NCBI GenBank assembly: GCA_965219445.1
Contig: CBDCNQ010000001.1
Location: 96,001-160,000 of the forward strand
Reading direction: 5' to 3'
Origin: Longimicrobiales bacterium
GTDB taxonomy: Bacteria > Gemmatimonadota > Gemmatimonadetes > Longimicrobiales > Gaopeijiaceae
DNA length: 64,000 nucleotides
A program made the translations under genes and the position numbers. The notes under the pieces are model-generated. The model was not told where the DNA came from. It ran no database searches and saw nothing but the letters and a program-made list of their open reading frames with translations. Of the stretch, positions 42,338-51,243 are shown piece after piece (the stretch's first letter is position 1; every line of letters begins with the position of its first letter).

Positions 42338-42705
42338 TCTGTGACGTCCTTATCTGCAGCTTTCAGAAACGCGGGCTCGATCAGCAACAGACCGAAGAAG
42401 AATCCAGCCAAGGACAACAATAAGGCTTCAGCTCCAAGGGACTCGATGCGCAGAGCAACGAGCCCGGCTATGATGACCACCCCGATCCTGACGGCAACGC
42501 CCACACCCCACCATGTGAAAAAGCGGGAGGGTTCTCCCCGGGCTCGCAGCAGCAGCCCGAAGGCCGTGACCTGCACCGGGTAAGCGACGCCGGCCGCCAG
42601 CAGGACTCCCGTTCTCCCCTCCTCGTCCAGAAACGGGAAGAGGGCCGTGACCGCCATCGCGATCATCAAGAGTCCGGCCAAGGCGTAGCGCACCAGAGCT
42701 CTCAA
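42334..42705 (-). CDS. AtpI-like membrane protein
   Basis: Four hydrophobic helices, located between atpZ and atpB. Confidence 0.75.
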   Translation of the reverse strand: MRALVRYALAGLLMIAMAVTALFPFLDEEGRTGVLLAAGVAYPVQVTAFGLLLRARGEPSRFFTWWGVGVAVRIGVVIIAGLVALRIESLGAEALLLSLAGFFFGLLLIEPAFLKAADKDVTD

Positions 42706-42707
42706 GC

Positions 42708-42971
42708 CTAGTCACTCTCCTCGCGGCCCTGCTCCTCGCGGGGCCGTATCGCGACCTGGACATAGAGGTTGTAAGAGCCGGCCGCACCGCCCAAGAGCAT
42801 CCCGAGGATCATCAGTAGCGACTCGGCCCCAATGCGTGTGCCGACCTTGAATCCGACCCATCCAAAGAGCGCCACCGAAGCAGCCAACGTCATCCCGTGA
42901 CCCAAGAACTGGGAAGATGCGCGAACGACCTCGCTGCCACGCTCTTCAGCCGGTTTTCCTTCCTCCGACAT
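42708..42971 (-). CDS. AtpZ/AtpI-family protein
   Basis: Two TM helices, first gene of the atp operon; start ATG 42971 or TTG 42998. Confidence 0.75.
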   Translation of the reverse strand: MSEEGKPAEERGSEVVRASSQFLGHGMTLAASVALFGWVGFKVGTRIGAESLLMILGMLLGGAAGSYNLYVQVAIRPREEQGREESD

Positions 42972-43295
42972 CGGTTGGAACTCCGGTGGTGAACCCAAAT
43001 CCTAAGAAGAATTTAGACGCTTGTGAAAAAAAGAGCAAGCGCCGATTTACGGGCCGAAAACAGGGATTTCGAGACTAGTCCACGCTTGACGGAGGGGCGG
43101 CTCGGAGTCAACTTCGCGACGCACGGTATGACCCCTTTCGGGGGATCCGCACATAGGGCCGATTCTAGTCCAGGGGAACGCACCGCACCGGGACCCTGGG
43201 ACCTGGGTAGCGGGTAGGGTGCGTGGTCGTCCGCCGTGCCAGATTCGTCGCTCGTAGCGGCCATGGCATTCCTTTAGAGACGCCGGAACCAATTG

Positions 43296-44315
43296 ATGAC
43301 GTCATCGACAGAAGCGGTTGTACAGGATCGGGACCTCGAATTACTCCAGCGTGTGACACAGGTCGTCGACGAACTCCGAAACGAGATCGAAAAGCGGATC
43401 GTGGGCCAACATGAGGTCGTCGAAGGCCTTCTGACGTCCCTCCTGGCCAACGGGCATGTGCTGCTGGTAGGCGTACCTGGCCTGGCGAAAACGCTCTTGA
43501 TCAGTACGCTCGCCGAGGCGCTCGACCTGGAGTTCAGCCGGATCCAGTTCACACCCGACCTCATGCCCACCGACATCACCGGCACAGAGGTAATCGAAGA
43601 AGACCGCTCGACCGGCAAGCGCGTGTTCCGGTTCGTCCGCGGACCCATCTTCGCAAACGTCGTGCTCGCGGACGAGATCAACCGAACCCCGCCGAAGACG
43701 CAGGCCGCTCTACTTCAGGCCATGCAGGAACGGGAGGTCACTGCCGCTGGCGACACGTATACGCTCGATCCCCCGTTCTTCGTGCTGGCGACTCAAAACC
43801 CGATCGAGCAGGAGGGCACGTATCCGCTTCCCGAGGCCCAATTGGATCGGTTCATGCTGGAGTTGCCCATCGGATATCCCTCCAAGAAAGAGGAAGAGGA
43901 GGTGGCGATGCGCACGACGGGAGAGGAAGACCCGCAGGTCCGTCCCATCCTGTCCTCGCAGGAGCTGATCGAGCTTCAACACCTGGTGCGACGTGTCCCT
44001 ACGCCCCCGTCGTTGGTTTCCTTCGCGGTCCACCTCGCCAGAGCCTCTCGGCCGCGACTGGCGGAGACGGCGGCGGTGTCCGAGAAGTACGTCAGTTGGG
44101 GCGCCGGCCCCCGGGCGTCGCAGTACCTCGTGCTCGGAGCGAAGGCCATGGCAGCAATCCGTGGAGACCCCATCCCCTCTTACGACGACGTACGTAAGGT
44201 CGCACCTGCAGTGCTGGCGCACCGCATCGTGCTCAACTTCGAGGCGGAGGCGGACGGACGGGTCACACGGGACGTGATCGCAGAGCTCTTGGAGGAATCG
44301 GCTGGATGGACGTAG
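43296..44315 (+). CDS. MoxR-family AAA+ ATPase
   Basis: GVPGLAKT, RIQFTPDLMP, DEINR, ATQNPIEQEGTYPLPEAQLDRF. Confidence 0.95.
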   Translation: MTSSTEAVVQDRDLELLQRVTQVVDELRNEIEKRIVGQHEVVEGLLTSLLANGHVLLVGVPGLAKTLLISTLAEALDLEFSRIQFTPDLMPTDITGTEVIEEDRSTGKRVFRFVRGPIFANVVLADEINRTPPKTQAALLQAMQEREVTAAGDTYTLDPPFFVLATQNPIEQEGTYPLPEAQLDRFMLELPIGYPSKKEEEEVAMRTTGEEDPQVRPILSSQELIELQHLVRRVPTPPSLVSFAVHLARASRPRLAETAAVSEKYVSWGAGPRASQYLVLGAKAMAAIRGDPIPSYDDVRKVAPAVLAHRIVLNFEAEADGRVTRDVIAELLEESAGWT

Positions 44316-44400
44316 GTCCAAGTATCGAGGCGGGCGACCGCCCGCCGAGTACGACATGGCTGCCCAACACGCCGGGGCTGCCCAAACCCTCGAGGCCAGC

Positions 44401-45657
44401 ATGATCTGGCTGTTAGCGAGTACCGCCGCTCTTTCGATCCTCATCTCCTCTCTGTGTTCCGCGTCGGAGACGGCGACGTTTGCGATCGGAACTTCAAGGC
44501 TTCGAACCATGGAGGAGGAGGGGTTCCGGGGCGCCGACGCCCTCACCGAGCTGAGAAACCGGGCTGAACAGACCCGTGCCGCCCTCCGCCTCTTGAGCAC
44601 GCTCTTCAACGCTCTGGCCGTGGGAAGCGTGGTTCTCCTGGGGTACACGCTGCGCGGTCCAGCCGGCGGCGGCCTGGGACTCCTCGCCGGCTCTCTTGCC
44701 GTCCTGATCTTCGGGCAAGGTCTCCCACGACTCCTTGCCTCACGGCACCCGATTCGGTTCGCTCTGGCTGCAGCCCCGGTCGTCCTCGCGGTGGAACACG
44801 GACTCGCGGCCGTCACCAAGCCCGTCCGCCGGCTTGCGGCTGGGATGATCCGAACCGAGGGGGCGGACGGGTCGAGCCAGGAGGAGCGCTATGTCCGTGA
44901 ACTCAGCCAATTGGGGCAGGAGGAGGGACTAGTCGGTGAAGACGAGCACCTGTTGGTGGAGCGCGCTTTCCGCCTGGACGAGTTGACCGCGTGGGACGTC
45001 ATGACGCCTCGCGTGGACATTTTCGCGTGGAAAGACTCCCTGACGCTCGAGGAGATCATCGGCGAACTCAAATCTGTGCCGTACTCACGTGTTCCGGTTT
45101 ACCGTGATACGACGGACGACATCTCGGGAATCTTGTACGTGCGGGAGGCCTACGAGAACTACGTCGCGGGCCGGACCACGATGACGCTGTCGCAGTTGGC
45201 CCGGGATCCGCTGTTCGTCCCGGGATCCCTCCCACTCACGCGCCTTCTCCATCAGTTCCAGGCCCGACGCATCCATATGGGGATCATTGCCGATGAATTC
45301 GGAGGTACGGACGGCCTCGCCACGCTCGAAGACATCATCGAGGAACTTGTGGGCGAAATCGTCGACGAAACGGACGTCGACGAAGAAGCGCTGATCCGGA
45401 TTTCCAAGACGGAGGTCATGGCACCCGGAGGCATCGACGTCCGTGAAATCAATTACGCCTTCAACGTCGCGCTGCCTCAGCTCGAGCACCGCTCGCTCAA
45501 CGGATTCATTCTCGAAGAGCTGGGGCACGTGCCCGAACCGGGCGAGACGGTGGAGCAGGCGGGCGTGAAGATAGAGATCCTGGCGGCTTCAGACACCCAG
45601 GTTCTGACCGCCCGCCTCACCAAGCTCGCTCTTGCAGACCGAGAAGAACCGGGATAG
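44401..45657 (+). CDS. CNNM/CBS/CorC (hemolysin-family) transporter
   Basis: SASETA, VMTPR, YSRVPVY, DEFGGTDGLATLEDIIEELVGEI. Confidence 0.92.
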   Translation: MIWLLASTAALSILISSLCSASETATFAIGTSRLRTMEEEGFRGADALTELRNRAEQTRAALRLLSTLFNALAVGSVVLLGYTLRGPAGGGLGLLAGSLAVLIFGQGLPRLLASRHPIRFALAAAPVVLAVEHGLAAVTKPVRRLAAGMIRTEGADGSSQEERYVRELSQLGQEEGLVGEDEHLLVERAFRLDELTAWDVMTPRVDIFAWKDSLTLEEIIGELKSVPYSRVPVYRDTTDDISGILYVREAYENYVAGRTTMTLSQLARDPLFVPGSLPLTRLLHQFQARRIHMGIIADEFGGTDGLATLEDIIEELVGEIVDETDVDEEALIRISKTEVMAPGGIDVREINYAFNVALPQLEHRSLNGFILEELGHVPEPGETVEQAGVKIEILAASDTQVLTARLTKLALADREEPG

Positions 45658-45677
45658 CTCGGCCAAGTCTCCCCAAA

Positions 45678-46310
45678 ATGGCGATCCTCCTTCCGTTCCA
45701 CGGCAAGCGGCCCCGAGTGGCCGAATCCGCGTTTATCGCACCCAACGCGGTACTCATCGGCGACGTTACGGTCGAGGAGGAAGCGAGCGTCTGGTTCGGT
45801 GCCGTGCTGAGAGGAGACGATGCCGAGAATGGCATCGTGGTGGGCGGGGGCACGAGCGTCCAAGACAACTGTGTGGTCCACGTCGGGGGTTGGGGGCCCA
45901 CCGTCATCGGCAACAATGTCACAGTGGGCCATGGAGCGAAATTCGAGAGCTGCACGATCGGCGACCGGTCCCTGATCGGCATGAACGTGGTGATCCTCCA
46001 GAACGCGCGAATCGGCACGGAGTGTATGATCGCGGCCAATGCCGTGGTGTTAGAGGGCGCCCAGATCCCCGACCGTAGCTTGGTCGCCGGTGTCCCCGGC
46101 GAGGTGAAGAAGCAGTTGGATGGTTCCGCCGCAGAGTGGGTGGCCCGAGGTGGACGGCATTATATCGAGCTCGCACGGACCTATCGCGCGGACCACATCG
46201 GGGAGGCGAACGCTCCCGTGTGCGAGCTATGCGGCGGCCCGATCATGGAGCGCCACTGCAAGGTCCTGTGCCTTTCGTGCGGCTACCAGCGGGACTGCTC
46301 AGATCCCTAA
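45678..46310 (+). CDS. Gamma-carbonic anhydrase-family protein with C-terminal zinc ribbon
   Basis: IGDV, WFGAVLRGD, VQDNCVVH, TVGHGA; tail CELC...HCKVLCLSCGYQRDCSDP. Confidence 0.9.
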   Translation: MAILLPFHGKRPRVAESAFIAPNAVLIGDVTVEEEASVWFGAVLRGDDAENGIVVGGGTSVQDNCVVHVGGWGPTVIGNNVTVGHGAKFESCTIGDRSLIGMNVVILQNARIGTECMIAANAVVLEGAQIPDRSLVAGVPGEVKKQLDGSAAEWVARGGRHYIELARTYRADHIGEANAPVCELCGGPIMERHCKVLCLSCGYQRDCSDP

Positions 46311-47069
46311 CACGTTCGTCACGTACCAATCGATGATGTCGGAGCCGAAGCCGTAGGTCACCGCGGCACCAGCCGCGAGAAAGATCCCGAAAGGCACAAG
46401 CTTCTTCGTCTTGTACGAGATCGGCCCGAAAATCACGGACCCCAGCAGTGCCCCGAGGAAGATCGTCAAGAGCACACCCGGCATCCCCAGGAACGCTCCG
46501 ACCATGGCCATCATCTTGATGTCCCCACCCCCCATCGCATCCTTCTTGAACATCCACTTTCCGGCCACAGCCACGAACTCCAGAAGGCCGAACCCGAGGA
46601 CGGCCCCGAGGAGCGCCCCGAGCGGATCAATCCCACCGGGTAGAAAGGCGAGTCCCAGTCCGAGGACGAGTCCGCCCAGCGAGAACTGATCGGGGATGAT
46701 GTAGAATCGCGCATCGGTGAGGGCGATTCCGAAAAGGATGGTCAAGAGTAGGGCACCCCTCAAAGCCTCGAAGGAGAGTCCCGCGTAGCTGAACATGCCC
46801 GCCCACACGAGTCCGGTCGCCAACTCGACGAGGGGGTACTGTAGGGAGATCGAGTCGCGGCATGCCCGGCAGCGCCCACCCAACAGGACGTAGCCGATTA
46901 CGGGGACGTTGTCATACCATGGGATGGCCTCCCCGCATTTCGGACAATGGGAGCCGGGGAACACCACCGATTCGTCCTCCGGCCAACGGAACGTGCAGAC
47001 GTTCAGAAACGAACCGATCATCATTCCGAGTAGGCCGGCCAGAGCAGAGACGATCCAGGCGTCGATCAA
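46299..47069 (-). CDS. pilD: Prepilin peptidase (A24)
   Basis: GSFLNV, SHCPKC, GRCRAC, YPLVE, MGGGDIK, PFGIFL. Confidence 0.93.
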   Translation of the reverse strand: MIDAWIVSALAGLLGMMIGSFLNVCTFRWPEDESVVFPGSHCPKCGEAIPWYDNVPVIGYVLLGGRCRACRDSISLQYPLVELATGLVWAGMFSYAGLSFEALRGALLLTILFGIALTDARFYIIPDQFSLGGLVLGLGLAFLPGGIDPLGALLGAVLGFGLLEFVAVAGKWMFKKDAMGGGDIKMMAMVGAFLGMPGVLLTIFLGALLGSVIFGPISYKTKKLVPFGIFLAAGAAVTYGFGSDIIDWYVTNVLGI

Positions 47070-47096
47070 GGCGGTACACTCCCACGAGTGAGCAGG

Positions 47097-47879
47097 CTAT
47101 TGAGCACGGGTGAGCAGGCTATAAAGAAGGATCGACCCCGCGATCCCAGCATTCAAGGATTCTGAGCCACCCGGCATCGGGATTGCGACGCCTTTCGTGG
47201 AGGCCGACGCGATCTCGGCGCGTACTCCCGTCCCCTCGTTACCGACGGCCAGAGCCCAGGAGGCGCCCGGTACGAATGAGCGGACATCTTCGCCGGCAGG
47301 ATCGGAGGCCAGAATCTCGATTCCCTGCTCTTCCAGCCACTGCCTGGCCTCGGCCCAAGGCGCCCGTGATATGGGCGTATAGAAACCGGCGCCCGCGGCG
47401 GCGCGGACGGCTTTCGGATTCCACGGGTCGACGGAACCATCCAGGACGATCACCGCATCCACGTCAAAGGCTCGGGCCGCCCGGATGAGCGTTCCCAGGT
47501 TGCCGGGGTCCTGCAATCCATCAAGAAGCAGCAGCCTCGACGGGGCACGGTCACGGAGCTCGCCGAGATTGAGTCGCGGCTCGCTGCAGACGCAGAGGAT
47601 GCCCTGGGGATGCTCGGTGGCCGAGAACTCGTCCAGGTCGGAATCGTCCACCTCGTCGACGTCCGGCACCCCCCCCGCCAGTATGGAGGCGACGACGCGG
47701 CCGGCCTCGGTACCGAGCAAGCGAGGCGATTGAACCGCAAAGCGGATGTCGGCTCCGGCTGCCAACACCTCGGCCACCGAGCGCACGCCCTCGACCAGCA
47801 CGAGTCCCTCGCGTGGCCGGCCCTTGCGCGTCTTGAGCCGCTCGATGAGTCGTCGCCTGCTCTTGCTCAGCATCCGCAT
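47097..47879 (-). CDS. TrmH/SpoU-family RNA methyltransferase
   Basis: QDPGNLGTLIR, GNEGTG, IPMPGGSESLNA; true start about 47873-47879. Confidence 0.92.
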   Translation of the reverse strand: MRMLSKSRRRLIERLKTRKGRPREGLVLVEGVRSVAEVLAAGADIRFAVQSPRLLGTEAGRVVASILAGGVPDVDEVDDSDLDEFSATEHPQGILCVCSEPRLNLGELRDRAPSRLLLLDGLQDPGNLGTLIRAARAFDVDAVIVLDGSVDPWNPKAVRAAAGAGFYTPISRAPWAEARQWLEEQGIEILASDPAGEDVRSFVPGASWALAVGNEGTGVRAEIASASTKGVAIPMPGGSESLNAGIAGSILLYSLLTRAQ

Positions 47880-47900
47880 TCCAATCAGTGTGTGGACTCC

Positions 47901-48707
47901 ATGGATAACCCACCTCCCGTAGCCCTCACAATCGCCGGCAGCGACAGCGGGGGCGGAGCCGGCATCCAAGCCGACCTCAAGACATTCCATGCCTTCGGCG
48001 TTTTCGGGTGCAGTGCGCTCACCGCCGTGACCGCTCAGAACACGCTCGAGGTCGCCGCCGTGCACGCCATTCCCGAGCAGATGGTCCGCGCGCAGATCCG
48101 GGCCGTCGCCTCGGACATGTCGTTGGACGCGGTCAAGACCGGTATGCTTGCCACGGCAGCCTTGGTGGAGACCGTGGCCCATGCAATCGTTGAGCACCGG
48201 CTGCCTAATTACGTGCTCGATCCGGTGATGATTTCCACGAGCGGACACCGTCTGCTCGATCGTGAGGCCGAGGACACCATCCTGCGGGAGCTCATCCCTC
48301 TGGCCCTCGTCGTCACCCCAAACCTCCATGAAGCGCGCATCCTCACCGGTCTGCCGGTCGAGACTGCGAGTGATCTGGCGGATGCCGCACGGGCGATCCT
48401 CGACCTCGGTGCTCGCGCAGCTCTCGTGAAGGGTGGGCACCTGGCTGGAGACGAGGCCGTCGATCTGCTGCTGACAGAGGAGGGAGAGCATATCTGGTCT
48501 CGACCTCGCATCTCCACGCGCGCCGGGCACGGCACAGGCTGCACACTCTCCGCGGCGCTGGCGGCGGGCTTGGCGGCGGGCCGATCCCTACCGGCCGCGG
48601 CCGCGGCGGCCGTGGATTTCGTTGCGCGGGCCCTCGCCGATGCACCTGGGTTGGGTGCCGGGCGGGGACCGATCAACCACTTCGTGGGAGTAAAGAGATG
48701 GGAGTGA
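47901..48707 (+). CDS. thiD: Hydroxymethylpyrimidine/phosphomethylpyrimidine kinase
   Basis: [43 protein letters not shown]. Confidence 0.96.
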   Translation: MDNPPPVALTIAGSDSGGGAGIQADLKTFHAFGVFGCSALTAVTAQNTLEVAAVHAIPEQMVRAQIRAVASDMSLDAVKTGMLATAALVETVAHAIVEHRLPNYVLDPVMISTSGHRLLDREAEDTILRELIPLALVVTPNLHEARILTGLPVETASDLADAARAILDLGARAALVKGGHLAGDEAVDLLLTEEGEHIWSRPRISTRAGHGTGCTLSAALAAGLAAGRSLPAAAAAAVDFVARALADAPGLGAGRGPINHFVGVKRWE

Positions 48708-48715
48708 CCGTGAGC

Positions 48716-48838
48716 ATCGTGTTCGGCTCCGGCATGCTGCGGATCCCCGACATGGTGCGCGCCGGCATCTGGATCAACACATTAGGGATCGTGGTGATCT
48801 CGCTGCTGGCTTATCCGCTGGTCGGTATGCTGTTCTGA
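48716..48838 (+). pseudogene. 3'-terminal remnant of a DASS/SLC13 transporter
   Basis: Manual translation: IVFGSGMLRIPDMVRAGIWINTLGIVVISLLAYPLVGMLF*. Confidence 0.7.
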
Positions 48839-48943
48839 TCCTGCACGGCGAGCCTGATTTCGGGAAACGCTCCTACCGACCTGCCATTCTGGCACCGTAT
48901 ATCCTGAAAAGCCGCCAGTTTGGCCGATCCTCGGTCCATTCGC

Positions 48944-48960
48944 TCGGCATGATGATTGCA
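48944..48960 (+). promoter_or_regulatory. Putative sigma54 (-24/-12) promoter of dnaK
   Basis: TCGGCATGATGATTGCA: GG-N10-GC with TTGCA. Confidence 0.55.
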
Positions 48961-49071
48961 AACCCATCAACCGATACGCTTCGACGACGCCCGGCACCCG
49001 CCACACCGGACCGTCACCCGTCATACAAGAATCTTGGCCACCACGGCCTTGGCGCACACTGAGGAGCAGAC

Positions 49072-51015
49072 ATGGGAAAGGTTATCGGCATCGATCTGGG
49101 CACTACCAATTCGGTCGTAGCGGTCATGGAAGGTGGTGAGCCGGTCGTGATCCCCAACTCCGAAGGTGGCCGTACCACTCCTTCCGTTGTCGCGTTCACT
49201 AAAGAGGGAGAACGGCTCGTGGGTCAGGTGGCACGCCGCCAGGCGATCACCAATCCCGAAAACACGATCTTCTCGATCAAGCGCTTCATGGGCCGCAAGG
49301 GCGACGAGGTAACGGCGGAACAGAAGCTCGTCCCCTACGAAGTGAAGACCGACTCCAAGGGACGCGTGGAGATCAAGGTCCCCAACGCGGACAAGACGTT
49401 CACACCCCCCGAGATCTCGGCGATGGTCCTGCAGAAGATGAAGCAAACCGCCGAGGACTACCTGGGCCAGAAGGTTGAACAGGCGGTTATTACGGTTCCG
49501 GCCTATTTCAACGATGCACAGCGCCAGGCCACCAAAGACGCGGGTAAGGTCGCGGGCCTCGACGTACTTCGAATCATCAACGAGCCCACCGCTGCCGCTC
49601 TCGCCTACGGGCTCGACAAGAAGGCCGACGAGAAGATCGCCGTGTTCGACCTCGGTGGCGGCACGTACGACATTTCCGTCCTAGAACTCGGTGACGGCGT
49701 CTTCGAGGTGAAGTCGACCAATGGAGACACACACCTGGGTGGGGACGACTTCGACCAGAAGGTCATCGACTGGCTGGTCACGGAGTTCAAGAAGGACCAG
49801 GGGATCGATCTCTCCCAGGACGCGATGGCTCTCCAGCGCCTGAAGGAGGCGGCAGAGAAGGCCAAAATGGAGCTTTCTTCGACGCAACAGACCGACATCA
49901 ACCTACCCTTCATTACGGCAACCCAGGAGGGGCCGAAGCACCTCAACTACTCGTTGACGAGAGCGAAGTTCGAACAGCTGGTCGACGATCTCGTCCAGCG
50001 GACGATGCCGCCCATGAAGAAGGCACTCGAGGACGCGGGGATCGAGCCATCGGCGATCGACGAGGTGATTCTGGTCGGGGGTTCGACGCGGATTCCCAAG
50101 ATCCAGGAACTCGTCGAGGGGTTCTTCGGCAAGGAGCCTCACAAGGGCGTGAATCCCGACGAAGTAGTCGGCGTGGGTGCTTCCATCCAAGCGGGCGTCT
50201 TGGCCGGGGACGTGACCGACGTGCTGCTCCTGGACGTCACGCCACTATCACTCGGTATCGAGACGCTCGGGGGCGTGATGACGCCGCTGATCACGCGAAA
50301 CACTACGATCCCGACCGAAAAGGCCGAAATCTTCTCCACGGCCGAGGACAACCAGACCACAGTCGAGATCCACGTACTCCAGGGCGAGCGGAAGATGGCA
50401 CTCGACAACAAGACGATCGGCAAGTTCCAGCTCACGGGCATACCACCGGCACAACGTGGTATCCCTCAGATCGAGGTCACGTTCGACATCGACGCCAACG
50501 GAATCCTGCACGTAAAAGCCAAGGACAACGCGACGAGCAAAGAGCAGAAGATCCGTATCGAGGCGTCGAGTGGCTTGAGCGACAGCGAGATCGATAAAAT
50601 GGTCAAGGACGCGGAGGCCCACGCCGGCGAGGACGAAGAGCGCCGGGCGAACGTCGAGGCGCGCAACCAGCTCGATTCGCTCGTCTATCAGGTCGAAAAG
50701 GACTCCGCCGAGTGGGGCGATCAGGTCTCGGTCTCGGAGGGCACGAAGGAACAGCTCGACAGCGCCGTCGCGAGCGCCAAGGAAGCGCTCAAGGGGGATG
50801 ATACGACGACCTTCAATTCGGCTAGTGATGAACTCATGCAGGCCTTCAGTGCTGCCGGCCAGGAGATGTATCAGGCGCAGGCCGCCGAGGCTGAGGCTGA
50901 GGCAGGCTCCGAGGACGAAGCCACGGATGGCGCCGGAACGGAGGAGGAGGAGGAGGGAGACGCCCAAGAGACCGATGAGGAGGTCGTGGAAGCCGACTAC
51001 GAAATCGTTGAGTAA
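49072..51015 (+). CDS. dnaK: Hsp70 chaperone DnaK
   Basis: [46 protein letters not shown]. Confidence 0.98.
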   Translation: MGKVIGIDLGTTNSVVAVMEGGEPVVIPNSEGGRTTPSVVAFTKEGERLVGQVARRQAITNPENTIFSIKRFMGRKGDEVTAEQKLVPYEVKTDSKGRVEIKVPNADKTFTPPEISAMVLQKMKQTAEDYLGQKVEQAVITVPAYFNDAQRQATKDAGKVAGLDVLRIINEPTAAALAYGLDKKADEKIAVFDLGGGTYDISVLELGDGVFEVKSTNGDTHLGGDDFDQKVIDWLVTEFKKDQGIDLSQDAMALQRLKEAAEKAKMELSSTQQTDINLPFITATQEGPKHLNYSLTRAKFEQLVDDLVQRTMPPMKKALEDAGIEPSAIDEVILVGGSTRIPKIQELVEGFFGKEPHKGVNPDEVVGVGASIQAGVLAGDVTDVLLLDVTPLSLGIETLGGVMTPLITRNTTIPTEKAEIFSTAEDNQTTVEIHVLQGERKMALDNKTIGKFQLTGIPPAQRGIPQIEVTFDIDANGILHVKAKDNATSKEQKIRIEASSGLSDSEIDKMVKDAEAHAGEDEERRANVEARNQLDSLVYQVEKDSAEWGDQVSVSEGTKEQLDSAVASAKEALKGDDTTTFNSASDELMQAFSAAGQEMYQAQAAEAEAEAGSEDEATDGAGTEEEEEGDAQETDEEVVEADYEIVE

Positions 51016-51243
51016 GTAAGATTGCTTGGTCTATTTCGACGCCGACCTGAATTCCCCTTCCCGGGGCGGCGGTGCCGGCCACCCATTGAGAGATGGGGAG
51101 CGGGACAACCGTCAGGGCCTTGCGGTTGATCCAAGTCAGAGTGGAGAGTGGAGTGGACCGCCCGGTCGCCGGGCGTGTAGTAGGTCGCGCGTGGGCGGAT
51201 GCGCACACGTAGTCCTTCCATCTGAAGTGTGAGGAAACTGTCC

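Noticed and set aside
48889..48906. Second sigma54 site CTGGCACCGTATATCCTG
   Set aside because: The -12 position is CC rather than GC.
50880..50990. GAG/GCTGAG repeats in dnaK and GAGGAA repeats near 23390-23420
   Set aside because: These encode ordinary low-complexity Glu/Ala or Ser tails.
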